64,000 nucleotides of DNA from positions 1,184,001 through 1,248,000 of the forward strand of contig CAVVPN010000003.1 in NCBI GenBank assembly GCA_963750165.1, in the 5' to 3' direction. Position numbers and translations under genes: made by a program. How positions within the stretch are numbered: the stretch's first letter is position 1; the number at the start of each line of letters is the position of its first letter. This DNA is from an uncultured Gemmataceae bacterium. GTDB lineage: Bacteria; Planctomycetota; Planctomycetia; Gemmatales; Gemmataceae. Shown here in pieces: positions 21,257 to 30,944 of this stretch. The notes beneath the pieces are model-generated. The model saw nothing but the letters and a program-made list of their open reading frames with translations. It had not been told where the DNA came from and searched no databases.

Positions 21257-21825
21257 TCAGCGGGTTGACCTCTCGCGCCGCTCCACTTCCGACCATTCCT
21301 GGGCGAGCCCCAGCCGGTTTGCCCATTCGGCAATGTACTTTCGGTCCACCCGTTCGCCGCGCACTTTCAACACATCCAGAATGTCCCGGATGTGTTTTTC
21401 CGATCCCCCAGTTGGTAGAACTCTAGCTTCTTGACGATCACGTCCTCGGGCGAAGAAAAGCGGATCGCGGTCTGCTCCCCTTCGGGGATGCGTACGGCAC
21501 GGTGCAGGCGCAAGCGGTCAAACTCACTGTCCGACGTGACAATCACATCGATTTTCAGGCCGGAGGACGGGTGCAACACCTTGAACTGAAAGCGCTGCTG
21601 GATCGCTTGTACCGCCGCGTCGCGCGAGCAATAGAACTCCGGCGCGGCAAAGGCGGCACAAAACGCATCCACCTGGTCCAGTCGGAGGTCCACCACCACA
21701 TCAATGTCATTCGTAAACCGTGGCTCGCCGTAGGTAGTCGTGGCCATCGAGCCCGTCACGTAATAGGGGACCTCAAGGCGTTCCAGGGTCGCGGCCAGGA
21801 AGTGAAGCAGTTCAGACGGTTCCAT
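21257..21825 (-). CDS. Nucleotidyltransferase-fold protein, putative TA component (frameshift in a G-run near 21407)
   Basis: YVTGSMA...EPRFTNDIDVVV; adding one G restores GGSEKHIRDILDVLK...YIAEWANRLGL up to TGA at 21257. Confidence 0.8.
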
Positions 21826-22033
21826 GCGACATTCTCCGGGCGACCTGGCGCTGGACCTCTTCCTCGGACCAGTCGGGGTGCTCCTGGACAATCAGTTTGC
21901 GGACCAAATCACAGGCGAACACCCACATCCGGTTGGCGATGGCGAGCCGCTCGACCTCGGTTTTCTGGCGGAGAACCTCGGCCATTGCCTCGTCCACCAT
22001 TTCGATCTTCGCGATCCGCTCCAGCCGTGACAT
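21812..22033 (-). CDS. Small helical protein, putative partner of the nucleotidyltransferase
   Basis: LRQKTEVERL...EHPDWSEEEVQRQVARR; overlaps the downstream gene; GAAGGAGG RBS. Confidence 0.75.
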   Translation of the reverse strand: MSRLERIAKIEMVDEAMAEVLRQKTEVERLAIANRMWVFACDLVRKLIVQEHPDWSEEEVQRQVARRMSHGTV

Positions 22034-22168
22034 GACGCTCCCTCCTTCTGCCGGGCACCTTTCGCTACAGTTTACCGCGACTCGCACTGCCCGAAAACGA
22101 CAATTCCGCCCCGCCCCGGCTGCCGCCGCGTCATCCGGGAGATTTTTTGCTTTTTCCCTATCTCGCCA

Positions 22169-22215
22169 TTGACTTTTCTGGTCCGTTCAGTCTAGATATA
22201 GTTCGATCGGTCTAG
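22169..22215 (+). promoter_or_regulatory. Tandem imperfect palindromes, putative TetR operators, next to TTGACT
   Basis: TGGTCCGTTCAGTCTA (22179) and TAGTTCGATCGGTCTA (22199), 12/16 identical, 20-bp spacing. Confidence 0.55.
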
Positions 22216-22428
22216 TTCCCAGAGCGACAGCCTGTGGGATGGACGCCGGTGCCAGCGGGCGCACCGCCGTGCCGGCGTGGCGGGAGCAAGGGTGCCGATT
22301 CTCGACGTATGAAAAAGTTGGCCCCCTTGGCCCCCTTGGCCCCCTTGCTCGGTCAACCGGCGTCGGCCGGCGCCACGGAGTGCCAGCCGGTCGGGCATGT
22401 GACGGCACCTCTCCTTTGAGTCCGGGTC

Positions 22429-23142
22429 ATGAAAAACGGTCGCATTGACATCGCCAGCATCCGCCGCGAGCAGATCATCGACGCGGCCATCGCCGTCATC
22501 GCCGAGCAGGGCCTGCACGGCCTCTCGCTGTCCAAGATCGAGGAAAAGGCCGGCATGAGCCGTGGCCAGCTGACCTACTACTTCAAGACCCGGGAAGATA
22601 TTTTGCTGGGAGTGTTTGATCGGGTCTTGCAGATGATGTGCCAGCGCATGAGCGAGGGCGACGGCGTACTGACGCCGGGCCAGTTCGGCTGCTGGGAGGT
22701 CATGCAACACGTCTTCACGCGCGTGCTGCTGGAGCCGCCCATCATCCCGGAGTTCAACACGCTGCAATACACGTTCCTGTCGCAGATCGGCTACCGCGAG
22801 GATTTTCGCCAGCGGCTGGCGACGCTGTACGAGGAGTGGCGCGGTCACCTGGCCTGCGACGTGAAAGCGGACCAGGACCGCGGCCGCATCCGCCGCACGG
22901 TGCCGCCGCGTGCTTTGGCCACGGTGTTCCAGGCGCTGCTGCACGGCATCATGATTCAGGCCGCCGCCGACCCGCAGGCATTCGACCGCCGCGAGGTACT
23001 GAATCTCTGTCTGGACATGCTCGGTAATTATCTGGGTGTTCGGGACGCCGCGCCGCCTGCCCGCCGCGCCGCCCGGAGTTCGCGGCCGCGCCCGTCGCGC
23101 CGGCCGGTTGTCCCCGCCCCCGCCAAGGAGTCAAGCCCGTGA
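22429..23142 (+). CDS. TetR/AcrR-family regulator
   Basis: RREQIIDAA...GMSRGQLTYYFKTREDIL HTH. Confidence 0.92.
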   Translation: MKNGRIDIASIRREQIIDAAIAVIAEQGLHGLSLSKIEEKAGMSRGQLTYYFKTREDILLGVFDRVLQMMCQRMSEGDGVLTPGQFGCWEVMQHVFTRVLLEPPIIPEFNTLQYTFLSQIGYREDFRQRLATLYEEWRGHLACDVKADQDRGRIRRTVPPRALATVFQALLHGIMIQAAADPQAFDRREVLNLCLDMLGNYLGVRDAAPPARRAARSSRPRPSRRPVVPAPAKESSP

Positions 23143-24344
23143 ACGATCAGGCCCCCAAGAAGAACCCGTTGTCCCTGTCGATGGCGGCCGACCGCAACGG
23201 CCCGTCGCCCGGAACGCTGCGCGACCGCGTCCGCTCGCTGCGCCTGTCCGACCAGGTGACGCACGGCGGCGGGGGCGGCGGTAGCTGGCTGCCGTGGGTG
23301 CTGGCTTTGCTGTTTGCCAGCAGCACCGCCTACCTCGGCGTGCAGTTGTCCAGCGTCCCGAGCGCCGACGCCAGCTCCAAATCGGAGGCCGACAAACTCA
23401 TTGAGGAGCAGACCCGGCCGGGCCAGCTCGGCAGCGCGGGCGAGGTGGTGTTCGAGGCCAAGGGCAACGTCGTACCCTTCGAGCAGATTCTCGTGAGTCC
23501 GCTGTCGGGCGGCATTCTCAAGGAACTGTACATTTTTGAGGGCATGAAGGTCAAGAAAGGCGACCTGCTCGGCCGCATCGACGATACCGAGTACCGCGCC
23601 AAGTACAACTACACTCGGGCCCGGCTGGCGGAAGCGAAGAAGAAGTTGGAGGAGATGGTCAACGGCAACCGGCCGCAGGAAATCGACAAGGCCGAGGCGG
23701 ATTGGAACAAGGCCAAAGCCGAACACAAGCGGATGATCGCCGACCACCAGCGTAACCTGAATGCCGGCATCGCGGTCACCAAGGCGGACCTGGACAAGAG
23801 CAAGGCCGAGCAAGATGCCCAGAAAGCGGTCGTGGACCTGAAAGCGGCCGACCTGAGCCTGATGCGGGAGGGCACGCGCAAGGAGCGCATCGCCCAGGGA
23901 GAGGCCGTGGTCGATCAACTCCAGGCGGAACTGGACGAGCAGAACAAGCACCTGAACGACTGCCAGATTCGAGCGCCGGTGACGGGCACCATTCTGACGA
24001 AGGAGACGGCGGCCGGCAACTTCGTCAATCCGTTGGCCTTCAACACCAACAGCGCCCTGTGCAAGATGGCGGACCTGACCAGGCTGGAGATTGACCTGAC
24101 CATCCAGGAGCGTGAGATCAGCAAGATCAAGGTCGGCCAGAAGTGTCGCATTCGACCGGACGCTTACCCCGACCGCATTTACGAGGGCCAGGTGTCGCGC
24201 ATCATGCCCATAGCCGACCGCGGCAAGGGCGCCGTGCCGGTGCGCGTCAAGGTGCTGAACATCTCTCCGGAGGAACAGGGCACCTACTTGCGGCCCGAGA
24301 TGAGCGCGTTCGTGTCGTTCCTGCGAACTGAGGACAAGAAGTAG
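23139..24344 (+). CDS. HlyD/MacA-type periplasmic adaptor
   Basis: TM, lipoyl halves EGMKVKKGDLL and IRAPVTGTI, LRPEMSA. Confidence 0.9.
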   Translation: MNDQAPKKNPLSLSMAADRNGPSPGTLRDRVRSLRLSDQVTHGGGGGGSWLPWVLALLFASSTAYLGVQLSSVPSADASSKSEADKLIEEQTRPGQLGSAGEVVFEAKGNVVPFEQILVSPLSGGILKELYIFEGMKVKKGDLLGRIDDTEYRAKYNYTRARLAEAKKKLEEMVNGNRPQEIDKAEADWNKAKAEHKRMIADHQRNLNAGIAVTKADLDKSKAEQDAQKAVVDLKAADLSLMREGTRKERIAQGEAVVDQLQAELDEQNKHLNDCQIRAPVTGTILTKETAAGNFVNPLAFNTNSALCKMADLTRLEIDLTIQEREISKIKVGQKCRIRPDAYPDRIYEGQVSRIMPIADRGKGAVPVRVKVLNISPEEQGTYLRPEMSAFVSFLRTEDKK

Positions 24345-24460
24345 TCATTCGTCATTAGTCATTAGTCATTAGTTAACAGGGTTCCAGATCAAAGCGAAAG
24401 TTTAGGTTTCGACGACCCTGTTAACTAATGACTAATGACGAATGACTAATGACGAATGAC
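24344..24460. repeat. Heptamer-armed hairpin element, copy 1
   Basis: (GTCATTM)4 GTTAACAGGG...CCCTGTTAAC (KAATGAC)5. Confidence 0.92.
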
Positions 24461-24481
24461 TCCTCCGAAGGAGGGGGATTA

Positions 24482-25246
24482 ATGTCGGACCAATCCATCG
24501 TCAGCGTGCGCGGCCTGCATAAATACTTCAAGCGCGGCGGCGAACAGATCGACGTGTTGCAGGATCTCAGCCTGGAGGTGCCCGAGGGCGAGTTCGTGGC
24601 GCTGATGGGGCCGTCCGGCTCCGGTAAGACGACGCTGCTCAACCTCATCGCCGGCCTCGACCAGCCCAGCTCCGGACAGATTCGCGTCGGCGACCAGATC
24701 ATCTCCGGCATGTCCGAGACGCAGCTGGCGCGCTGGCGGACCCGGCACATCGGCTTCGTCTTTCAGTTCTATCACCTGCTGCCAGTGCTCAGCGCCTACG
24801 AGAACGTCGAACTGCCGCTGCTGCTGCTGCCGCTCACCGCAGCGCAACGCAAGCGGCAGGTGTTGACCGCTCTGGACCTCGTCGGCCTGAGTGACCGCCT
24901 GAGCCACCGGCCCGGCCAGCTGTCCGGCGGCCAGCAGCAACGCGTCGGCATCGCTCGCGCCATCGTCACCGACCCGACCCTCATCGTCGCCGACGAGCCG
25001 ACCGGCGACCTCGACTCGAAATCCGCCCAGGAAATCCTGGATCTGCTGGTCGAACTGCAGAAGGGCCTGAACAAGACGATTCTGATGGTGACGCACGACC
25101 CGCGCGCCGCCGAGCGGGCCGCCCGTCAGGTCCACCTGGAGAAGGGCCAGCTGGTCGAGGGTCGGCAGCCCGGCGACGGAGCGTTCAAGGAACTGGCCGG
25201 CCGCGCCGCCCCGGAGGGGCACGCGACCAACATCCAGGCGGAGTGA
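24482..25246 (+). CDS. ABC transporter ATP-binding protein (LolD/MacB type)
   Basis: GPSGSGKT, LSGGQQQRV, ADEPTG, VTHD. Confidence 0.95.
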   Translation: MSDQSIVSVRGLHKYFKRGGEQIDVLQDLSLEVPEGEFVALMGPSGSGKTTLLNLIAGLDQPSSGQIRVGDQIISGMSETQLARWRTRHIGFVFQFYHLLPVLSAYENVELPLLLLPLTAAQRKRQVLTALDLVGLSDRLSHRPGQLSGGQQQRVGIARAIVTDPTLIVADEPTGDLDSKSAQEILDLLVELQKGLNKTILMVTHDPRAAERAARQVHLEKGQLVEGRQPGDGAFKELAGRAAPEGHATNIQAE

Positions 25247-25274
25247 GAGCCGGGGTAGTGGAACGAGCTGTCCT

Positions 25275-25310
25275 GGTTCGTAGTACCGCCTTCAGGCGGT
25301 ACTACAAACC
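25275..25310. repeat. REP-like palindrome, family C (GTAGTWCCGCCTTCAGGCGG)
   Basis: Related doublet at 50252-50312. Confidence 0.75.
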
Positions 25311-25331
25311 AAGAACCGAAGGAGGCGTCCG

Positions 25332-26621
25332 ATGAAGCTGGTCCTGCTGATGCTCAAGAACCTGCGACGCAACCTCGTGCGCACGACGCTGACCTGCCTG
25401 GCCGTCTTCGTGCTGGTCCTGGTCGTAACCATGATCTGGTCGTTCATCCACATGCTCGACAGCTTCACCACCGCCAGGGCCGGCGAGCAGAAGGGCCTCA
25501 TCATGGAGAAATGGCAGTTCCCCAGCCAGCTGCCCTGGAAGTACGCCTACGACCTGGAAACCGAACTGAAGGAGATGCCCGAGGAGTACCGGCCCACGCC
25601 CATCCCGGCCGCCGGCCTGGACGAGAAGGGCCGGAGCCTGGGCGCCCTGGGCGTCAAGACGGACGGCATCATGACCTGGCAGTTCGTTGGCGGCAGCGTC
25701 GTCAAGGAACCCGCCAAGCGCAAGCAGTCGGACAACATGTTCCTGTTCGTGCTCGACCCGCGCCGGATTCGCATGATGGACGAGATGGACGACCTCAGCG
25801 ACACGGACGTGCAGAAGATCATCGACAACGACAAGGGCGTCCTGATGGGCCGCGAGCGCCTGGCGATGATCGACAAGAAGGTCGGCGACCGCATCACGCT
25901 GTACAGCTTCAACTACAAGGACATCGAGTTGGAACTGGACATCGTCGGCTACCTGCCGAACGGCCGCTACGCGCAGAACGTCGTCATGAACTACAAGTAC
26001 CTGATGCGCAAGCTGGACGAGTACCAGCGCAAGACGCGGCAGCCGCACCCGATGATGGACAAGACGCTCGGCATCTTCTGGTTCCAGGCCGGCAGCGCCG
26101 CGGCCATCGACAAGATCGGTCAGCACCTGGAGAAGTCCGGCAAGTTCGTGTCGCCGGCGCTCAAGACCGAGACGGCCTCGTCGGGCATCGCCACGTTCAT
26201 CGAGCCGTACCGCGACATGCTCTGGGGCATGCGCTATCTGCTGACGCCGGCTATTTTGATCGTGCTGGCGCTGGTGATCGCCAACGCCATCAGCATCAGT
26301 GTGCGCGAGCGGCGCACGGAGATGGCGGTGCTCAAGGTGCTCGGTTTCCGGCCCAACCAGATTCTGCTGCTGGTGCTCGGCGAGGTGCTGCTGGTCGGCA
26401 TCGGTACGGGGCTGTTGTGCGCGACCTTGTCGTACTTCGGCGTGTGGCTGATGGGCGGCATCAACTTCCGCGTCGCCTTCTTCCCGGTGTTCTTCATTCC
26501 GGTGGATGCGTTCTGGTGGGGCCCGGTCCTCGGCGGCATCACCGCCCTGGTCGGCAGCTTCGTCCCCGCCTGGGGGGCGCGGTCGGTCAAGGTATCGGAA
26601 GTGTTTTCCAAGGTTGCCTAA
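25332..26621 (+). CDS. ABC permease, MacB/FtsX family
   Basis: KNLRRNLVRT, SVRERRTEMAVLKVLGF. Confidence 0.93.
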   Translation: MKLVLLMLKNLRRNLVRTTLTCLAVFVLVLVVTMIWSFIHMLDSFTTARAGEQKGLIMEKWQFPSQLPWKYAYDLETELKEMPEEYRPTPIPAAGLDEKGRSLGALGVKTDGIMTWQFVGGSVVKEPAKRKQSDNMFLFVLDPRRIRMMDEMDDLSDTDVQKIIDNDKGVLMGRERLAMIDKKVGDRITLYSFNYKDIELELDIVGYLPNGRYAQNVVMNYKYLMRKLDEYQRKTRQPHPMMDKTLGIFWFQAGSAAAIDKIGQHLEKSGKFVSPALKTETASSGIATFIEPYRDMLWGMRYLLTPAILIVLALVIANAISISVRERRTEMAVLKVLGFRPNQILLLVLGEVLLVGIGTGLLCATLSYFGVWLMGGINFRVAFFPVFFIPVDAFWWGPVLGGITALVGSFVPAWGARSVKVSEVFSKVA

Positions 26622-26623
26622 TC

Positions 26624-26729
26624 GTCATTAGTCATTAGTCATTAGTCATTAGTTATCAGGGTTGCAGATCATAGCTAAAGTTCTGTTTTGAACAGTGTCC
26701 CTGATAACTAATGACTAATGACTAATGAC
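26624..26729. repeat. Heptamer-armed hairpin element, copy 2
   Basis: (GTCATTA)4 GTTATCAGGG...CCCTGATAAC (TAATGAC)3; loop similar to copy 1. Confidence 0.92.
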
Positions 26730-26742
26730 TAACACAACTACC

Positions 26743-28173
26743 ATGTTTAGACAATTCTCCCCCCAGGTAATGATCCTGCTGTTCGCGGCCCTGCTGCTGG
26801 TGGTGGTGCTCATGGCCATCACGCGGGTGCCCGTCAGCTACAACATTCGCAACCTGATGGTGCGCTGGAAGACCACGCTGATGACCGCTCTGGCGTTCAC
26901 GCTGGTCGTCGGTCTGCTGACGGTCATGCTCGCCTTCGTCACCGGCATGCGTCGCCTGACCGAGGACAGCGGCAGTCCCGAAAACGTCATCGTCCTGTCC
27001 GACGGTGCCACCGACGAGGCGTTCAGCAACCTCGCTTACAGCGACACCAACGACATCGACAACCTGCTGGATGAGCGGCATCGCAAGATGCTGGCGCGCG
27101 ACAAGGCGACCAATCAACCGCTGGCCAGCCGGCAGAAGTTCGTCGTCGTCGGCCAGCCGCTCCAGGGCAGCGAGGACGAGAAAAACCCACGGCGGCAGTT
27201 CCTGCAACTCCGTGGTGTCGAGGACGCACTGATCGCCGCCCAGGTCCACCGACTGGAGCTGTTCGAGGGCGGCCAGTGGTTCCGCGGCGTCCGTGCGCTG
27301 CCGGGCAGCGACCGCAAGGGAATCGCCGTCCAGGCAACCCAGGCGGTGGCGTTCCTGTCCGGCAAGCAGTTTGGCGTGCCTGTGCTCAGCCCGGCCGTGT
27401 CCGAGACGGCCATTGAGGCGGTGCTCGGCGAAGGCGTCGCCCGTGAACTGGCCAAACCGCTCGGCAAGGACAGCCTGAAGCCCGGCGATGTGTTCCACCT
27501 GGGGCCGCGCAAGTGGATCGTCGTTGGCGTCATGAAGTCGGCTGGTTTGACCTTCGGCTCGGAAATCTGGGCTGACGCCACGCTCGTCGGCGACCTGTTC
27601 GGCAAGAAGGTGTACAACTCGATCTTCATCCGCACCAGGGACGCACGCTTCGCCGAGCCCGTCGCCAAATTCCTGAGCGACCCGGACAAGACCGGCAAGG
27701 CCGCCTTCAAGGCCATGCCCGAGCCGGAATATTACTCCATCCTCGGATCGACCAACAAGCAGTTCCTGTACGCGATCATCGTCGTCGCCATTATCATCGG
27801 CATTGGCGGCGTCTTCGGCGTCATGAACACCATGTTCGCGGCCATCAGCCAGCGCATCAAGGACATCGGTGTGCTGCGGCTGCTCGGCTTCCCGCGCTGG
27901 CAGATTCTGGTGTCGTTCTTTTTGGAGTCGCTGATTATTGCCCTGCTGGGCGGGTTGGTCGGCGCGGCGCTGGGCTCGCTGGTGGATGGTATTATGGCGA
28001 CCAGCATCGTCAGCAGCGGTCAGGGCGGCGGCAAGAGCATTGTGCTGCGGCTCACCGTAGACGCCAACATACTGGCGGCGGCCATTCTGTATGCGCTCGG
28101 CATGGGTGCGATCGGCGGCCTGATTCCGTCGCTGTCGGCGATGCGGCTAAGGCCGCTGGAGTCGCTACGCTGA
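26743..28173 (+). CDS. ABC permease, MacB/FtsX family
   Basis: YNIRNLMVRWKTT, NTMFAAISQRIKDIGVLRLLGF; the ATG at 26725 lies inside the repeat, so 26743 is preferred. Confidence 0.92.
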   Translation: MFRQFSPQVMILLFAALLLVVVLMAITRVPVSYNIRNLMVRWKTTLMTALAFTLVVGLLTVMLAFVTGMRRLTEDSGSPENVIVLSDGATDEAFSNLAYSDTNDIDNLLDERHRKMLARDKATNQPLASRQKFVVVGQPLQGSEDEKNPRRQFLQLRGVEDALIAAQVHRLELFEGGQWFRGVRALPGSDRKGIAVQATQAVAFLSGKQFGVPVLSPAVSETAIEAVLGEGVARELAKPLGKDSLKPGDVFHLGPRKWIVVGVMKSAGLTFGSEIWADATLVGDLFGKKVYNSIFIRTRDARFAEPVAKFLSDPDKTGKAAFKAMPEPEYYSILGSTNKQFLYAIIVVAIIIGIGGVFGVMNTMFAAISQRIKDIGVLRLLGFPRWQILVSFFLESLIIALLGGLVGAALGSLVDGIMATSIVSSGQGGGKSIVLRLTVDANILAAAILYALGMGAIGGLIPSLSAMRLRPLESLR

Positions 28174-28175
28174 AT

Positions 28176-28203
28176 GTGGGGCAGACATTCCTGTCTGCCC
28201 CAC
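28176..28203. repeat. REP-like palindrome, family B
   Basis: GTGGGGCAGACATTCCTGTCTGCCCCAC between convergent genes. Confidence 0.7.
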
Positions 28204-28218
28204 GACCGAAGCGCGGGG

Positions 28219-30486
28219 TTACCGAATCCCGCGTTGGTCCGAAATGATCTGCTCACTGGGCGCGACGCCGTTCTGGCCGGGCGGCGGTGCCGGTTCCCCG
28301 GTCAACAATTGCTGCTGAATCGCCGCCAGAATCAGGTCTGCCCCGGCCCCCTCCGGCAGCGCCGAACCGATGGTGATGGGCTGGCCCTCGGCGGTTGGCT
28401 CGTGGACCGTCACCGGCACCACGGGCACGGCGACCGCGGTCTGCACGTCCGTCAGCAGCGCCTCGAATTGCTCCCGCGGGCCCGCCGTGCTGATGACCAC
28501 CAGCTTGCCGCGCTTCAGCCCATTCGCCGCCGCCTGGCCGGGCTTCTGCAGCTCGGCCCCCTGCGCGTTCGGGTCGAAGAAGATCAGGCCCGCGTAGTTT
28601 TCCAGCGTCACCACCAGCGGGCCGGCCTTCTCGTCGTCCGCCGGCAGCACGAAGCGCAGCGGCCGCACCAGCGCCGACACCAGCGGTAGACAGCCCAGCC
28701 GGCCCCGCACGTTCGTCACCAGAATCGTCGGCGTCGTCGGCAAGTTCTCGTAGCCATTGATGCGGAACGCCGGCCGGCCCAGCTGCCGCAGCCAGATCAG
28801 CGACCGCAGCAGCATGTCGCGCTGGCGGGCGCACAGCACTGTGATGACGCCGAGCATCAACACCCCCTCCGTCATGAAGAGGTAGCGCGGCAGATACTCC
28901 TTGTTGAAATTCACTGGCTGCGGCCGGTCCTCCAGCCGCACCTGGTAGTAGTCGATGCCGCGGATCGTGTACTTGCTCACCTTCACCCACGACCCCTCAT
29001 GCACGCCCTCCAGCAGGCGGATGTCGTTCGGCTCACTGCTCGGCGGCGGCAGCCCAATCCACTCCCAGGCGTCGAAATCCACCAGTTCCCACCGGCGCGG
29101 CACGTCCAACCCCGCGGAGGTGATCGGCACACGTGCCGTGCCCGCCTCGTCCGTCACCAGGAGCACCACCTTCTCGACGCGGTGGTCCTGCGTCTCCACC
29201 TTTTCTTCCAGCTTGATCTTGCCCCTGGGTTCGTCCACCGTCTCCAGCCGCTGCGAGATGCCGGTCGCCTCGGCGAGGTGGCCGACGGACCAGAACACCA
29301 GCGAGGCCAGGATGGCACCGATGGTGCAGATGAAATTGCTGGTGGCGACCGACGTCCCCTTGCTGCCCTTGGGGGCGCTGTACTGCAGCAGCGAGTACAG
29401 TGGCACCAGGTAGAACGCCGCGAACAGCCCCATCAGCGCCAGGCACGCGACCAGCGCCGGGATGGCGAAGATGCTGACGCCGGCTATCTCCGCCCCGAGC
29501 ACCATGCCCAGCGCCCCGATGGCCACCAACCCCAGCTCCACCTTGCCGCGCGACATGAAGCCCGCCAGCGGACTGCCCAACCCCACCCCCAGCGACACCA
29601 CCGCCACCATCATGCTCGTCTGCTGCTCGTCCCAGCGTGGGTTCTGCGACTCGCCGAACATGTACATCGTCGCCCGCATGAACGCCACCATGAACACGAA
29701 GAACGCCAGCCCCAGCACCGCGATCGACGACAGCCGATAACGCATCAGTGTCCGCAGGTTGACGAACAGCGGCCGGAACAGCTTCCACGGCACCCAGCCC
29801 GGGAACGGCCGGTTCGGGTCCGCCGGCGGCATCTGGCGGATGAAGTAACTCGTGCCGGTACCGATCAGCGCCAGGATCACCAGGATGACGCCGATCCATT
29901 GCTCCTCGCCGCGGTACGTCTTGGACAGGATGCCGCCACACGTCGTGCCCAGGATGACCGCCAGAAATGTTGTCGATTCCACCAGGCCGTTGGCCCGCGA
30001 CAGGCTGCGCACCGTGAACAGCTCCGGCAGGACGCCGTACTTGCACGGCACGTAAAAGGTGCTGTGCGTGCCCATGAAAAAGACGCAGCTCATGACGAGC
30101 CACGGGCCGATCTGACCGATCAGGCCGTCGAAGGTGGCGCCCAGCCAGAAGCCGAGCAGTGCCAACGCGGTGATGAATACCTCGGCGACCTTCCAGAAGA
30201 TCAGCGACCGGCGCTTGCTCACCTTGTCCGCCAGGTAGCCGGACAGCGTCGCGAAGATGGCCCAGGGGCAGTAGAACAGCAGCGGCATCAGCGCGATGGC
30301 CGTGCGCTCGTCGAGCACTTCCTTGCGGATGGCGAAGAACATTGCCGAGGCGTGAATGCACTGGTCATTGAAGGCCGCCAGGAACTCGGCGATCACCAGG
30401 CCGAGGAAGGTCTTGTTCTGGATGGTGTCGTAGAGGGTTGGAGTCAGGTAGGTGGTGGGCAGGGCGGTTGTCGCAGTGTCGGCCAT
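28219..30486 (-). CDS. LplT/Aas-like MFS transporter fused to a degenerate acyltransferase-like domain
   Basis: FLAAFND, GYLADKVSKR, KYGVLPEL, LSRANGLVE; C-terminal INGYENLP...ILVTN. Confidence 0.85.
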   Translation of the reverse strand: MADTATTALPTTYLTPTLYDTIQNKTFLGLVIAEFLAAFNDQCIHASAMFFAIRKEVLDERTAIALMPLLFYCPWAIFATLSGYLADKVSKRRSLIFWKVAEVFITALALLGFWLGATFDGLIGQIGPWLVMSCVFFMGTHSTFYVPCKYGVLPELFTVRSLSRANGLVESTTFLAVILGTTCGGILSKTYRGEEQWIGVILVILALIGTGTSYFIRQMPPADPNRPFPGWVPWKLFRPLFVNLRTLMRYRLSSIAVLGLAFFVFMVAFMRATMYMFGESQNPRWDEQQTSMMVAVVSLGVGLGSPLAGFMSRGKVELGLVAIGALGMVLGAEIAGVSIFAIPALVACLALMGLFAAFYLVPLYSLLQYSAPKGSKGTSVATSNFICTIGAILASLVFWSVGHLAEATGISQRLETVDEPRGKIKLEEKVETQDHRVEKVVLLVTDEAGTARVPITSAGLDVPRRWELVDFDAWEWIGLPPPSSEPNDIRLLEGVHEGSWVKVSKYTIRGIDYYQVRLEDRPQPVNFNKEYLPRYLFMTEGVLMLGVITVLCARQRDMLLRSLIWLRQLGRPAFRINGYENLPTTPTILVTNVRGRLGCLPLVSALVRPLRFVLPADDEKAGPLVVTLENYAGLIFFDPNAQGAELQKPGQAAANGLKRGKLVVISTAGPREQFEALLTDVQTAVAVPVVPVTVHEPTAEGQPITIGSALPEGAGADLILAAIQQQLLTGEPAPPPGQNGVAPSEQIISDQRGIR

Positions 30487-30703
30487 GATCATTCCGAAGT
30501 AACGGGAGGGTGCTTTCGCCGGAGCAGTGCCGGGACTGCCGTTACTATAGACGACCACCGGGCCGCCGCCTACCGCGAATCAGGCCGTTCCCCGGCAGCG
30601 CCCGGTCTGGTATAATGTACACAGTGCCAGGGAGGGCTTGCATCTCTTTTCATTTCACAGACCCCCTACCAGCGCTCGGGGCAGCGCAGATTCCCTGTCA
30701 ACC

Positions 30704-30920
30704 TTAGCGCTGGCAGACAAAACTGCTTGCCCGCTTCTGGCCGTAGCCGCAAACTTTAGTTTGCGTTCGGTTTACGCAGGCTAGAGCGGTTCGCAGTTGG
30801 GTGTAGCGGAAGTCGCCAGACTTCCGTCCGGTGCTGCTCGGAAGTCTGGCGACTTCCGCTACACCCATTCGCAATCTGCAATAAAGCCTGCGGCTACAGA
30901 GTTTTGTCCGCCTGCGCTAA
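30704..30920. mobile_element. Nested repeat structure: outer IR > GTAGCCGC REP pair > MITE-like insert > GTAGCGGAAG REP pair
   Basis: 30780-30882 is the reverse complement of 50973-51075; TA at 30782 and 30882 flank the insert. Confidence 0.75.
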
Positions 30921-30944
30921 ATTTCGCGCCAGCCTCGATGTCCT

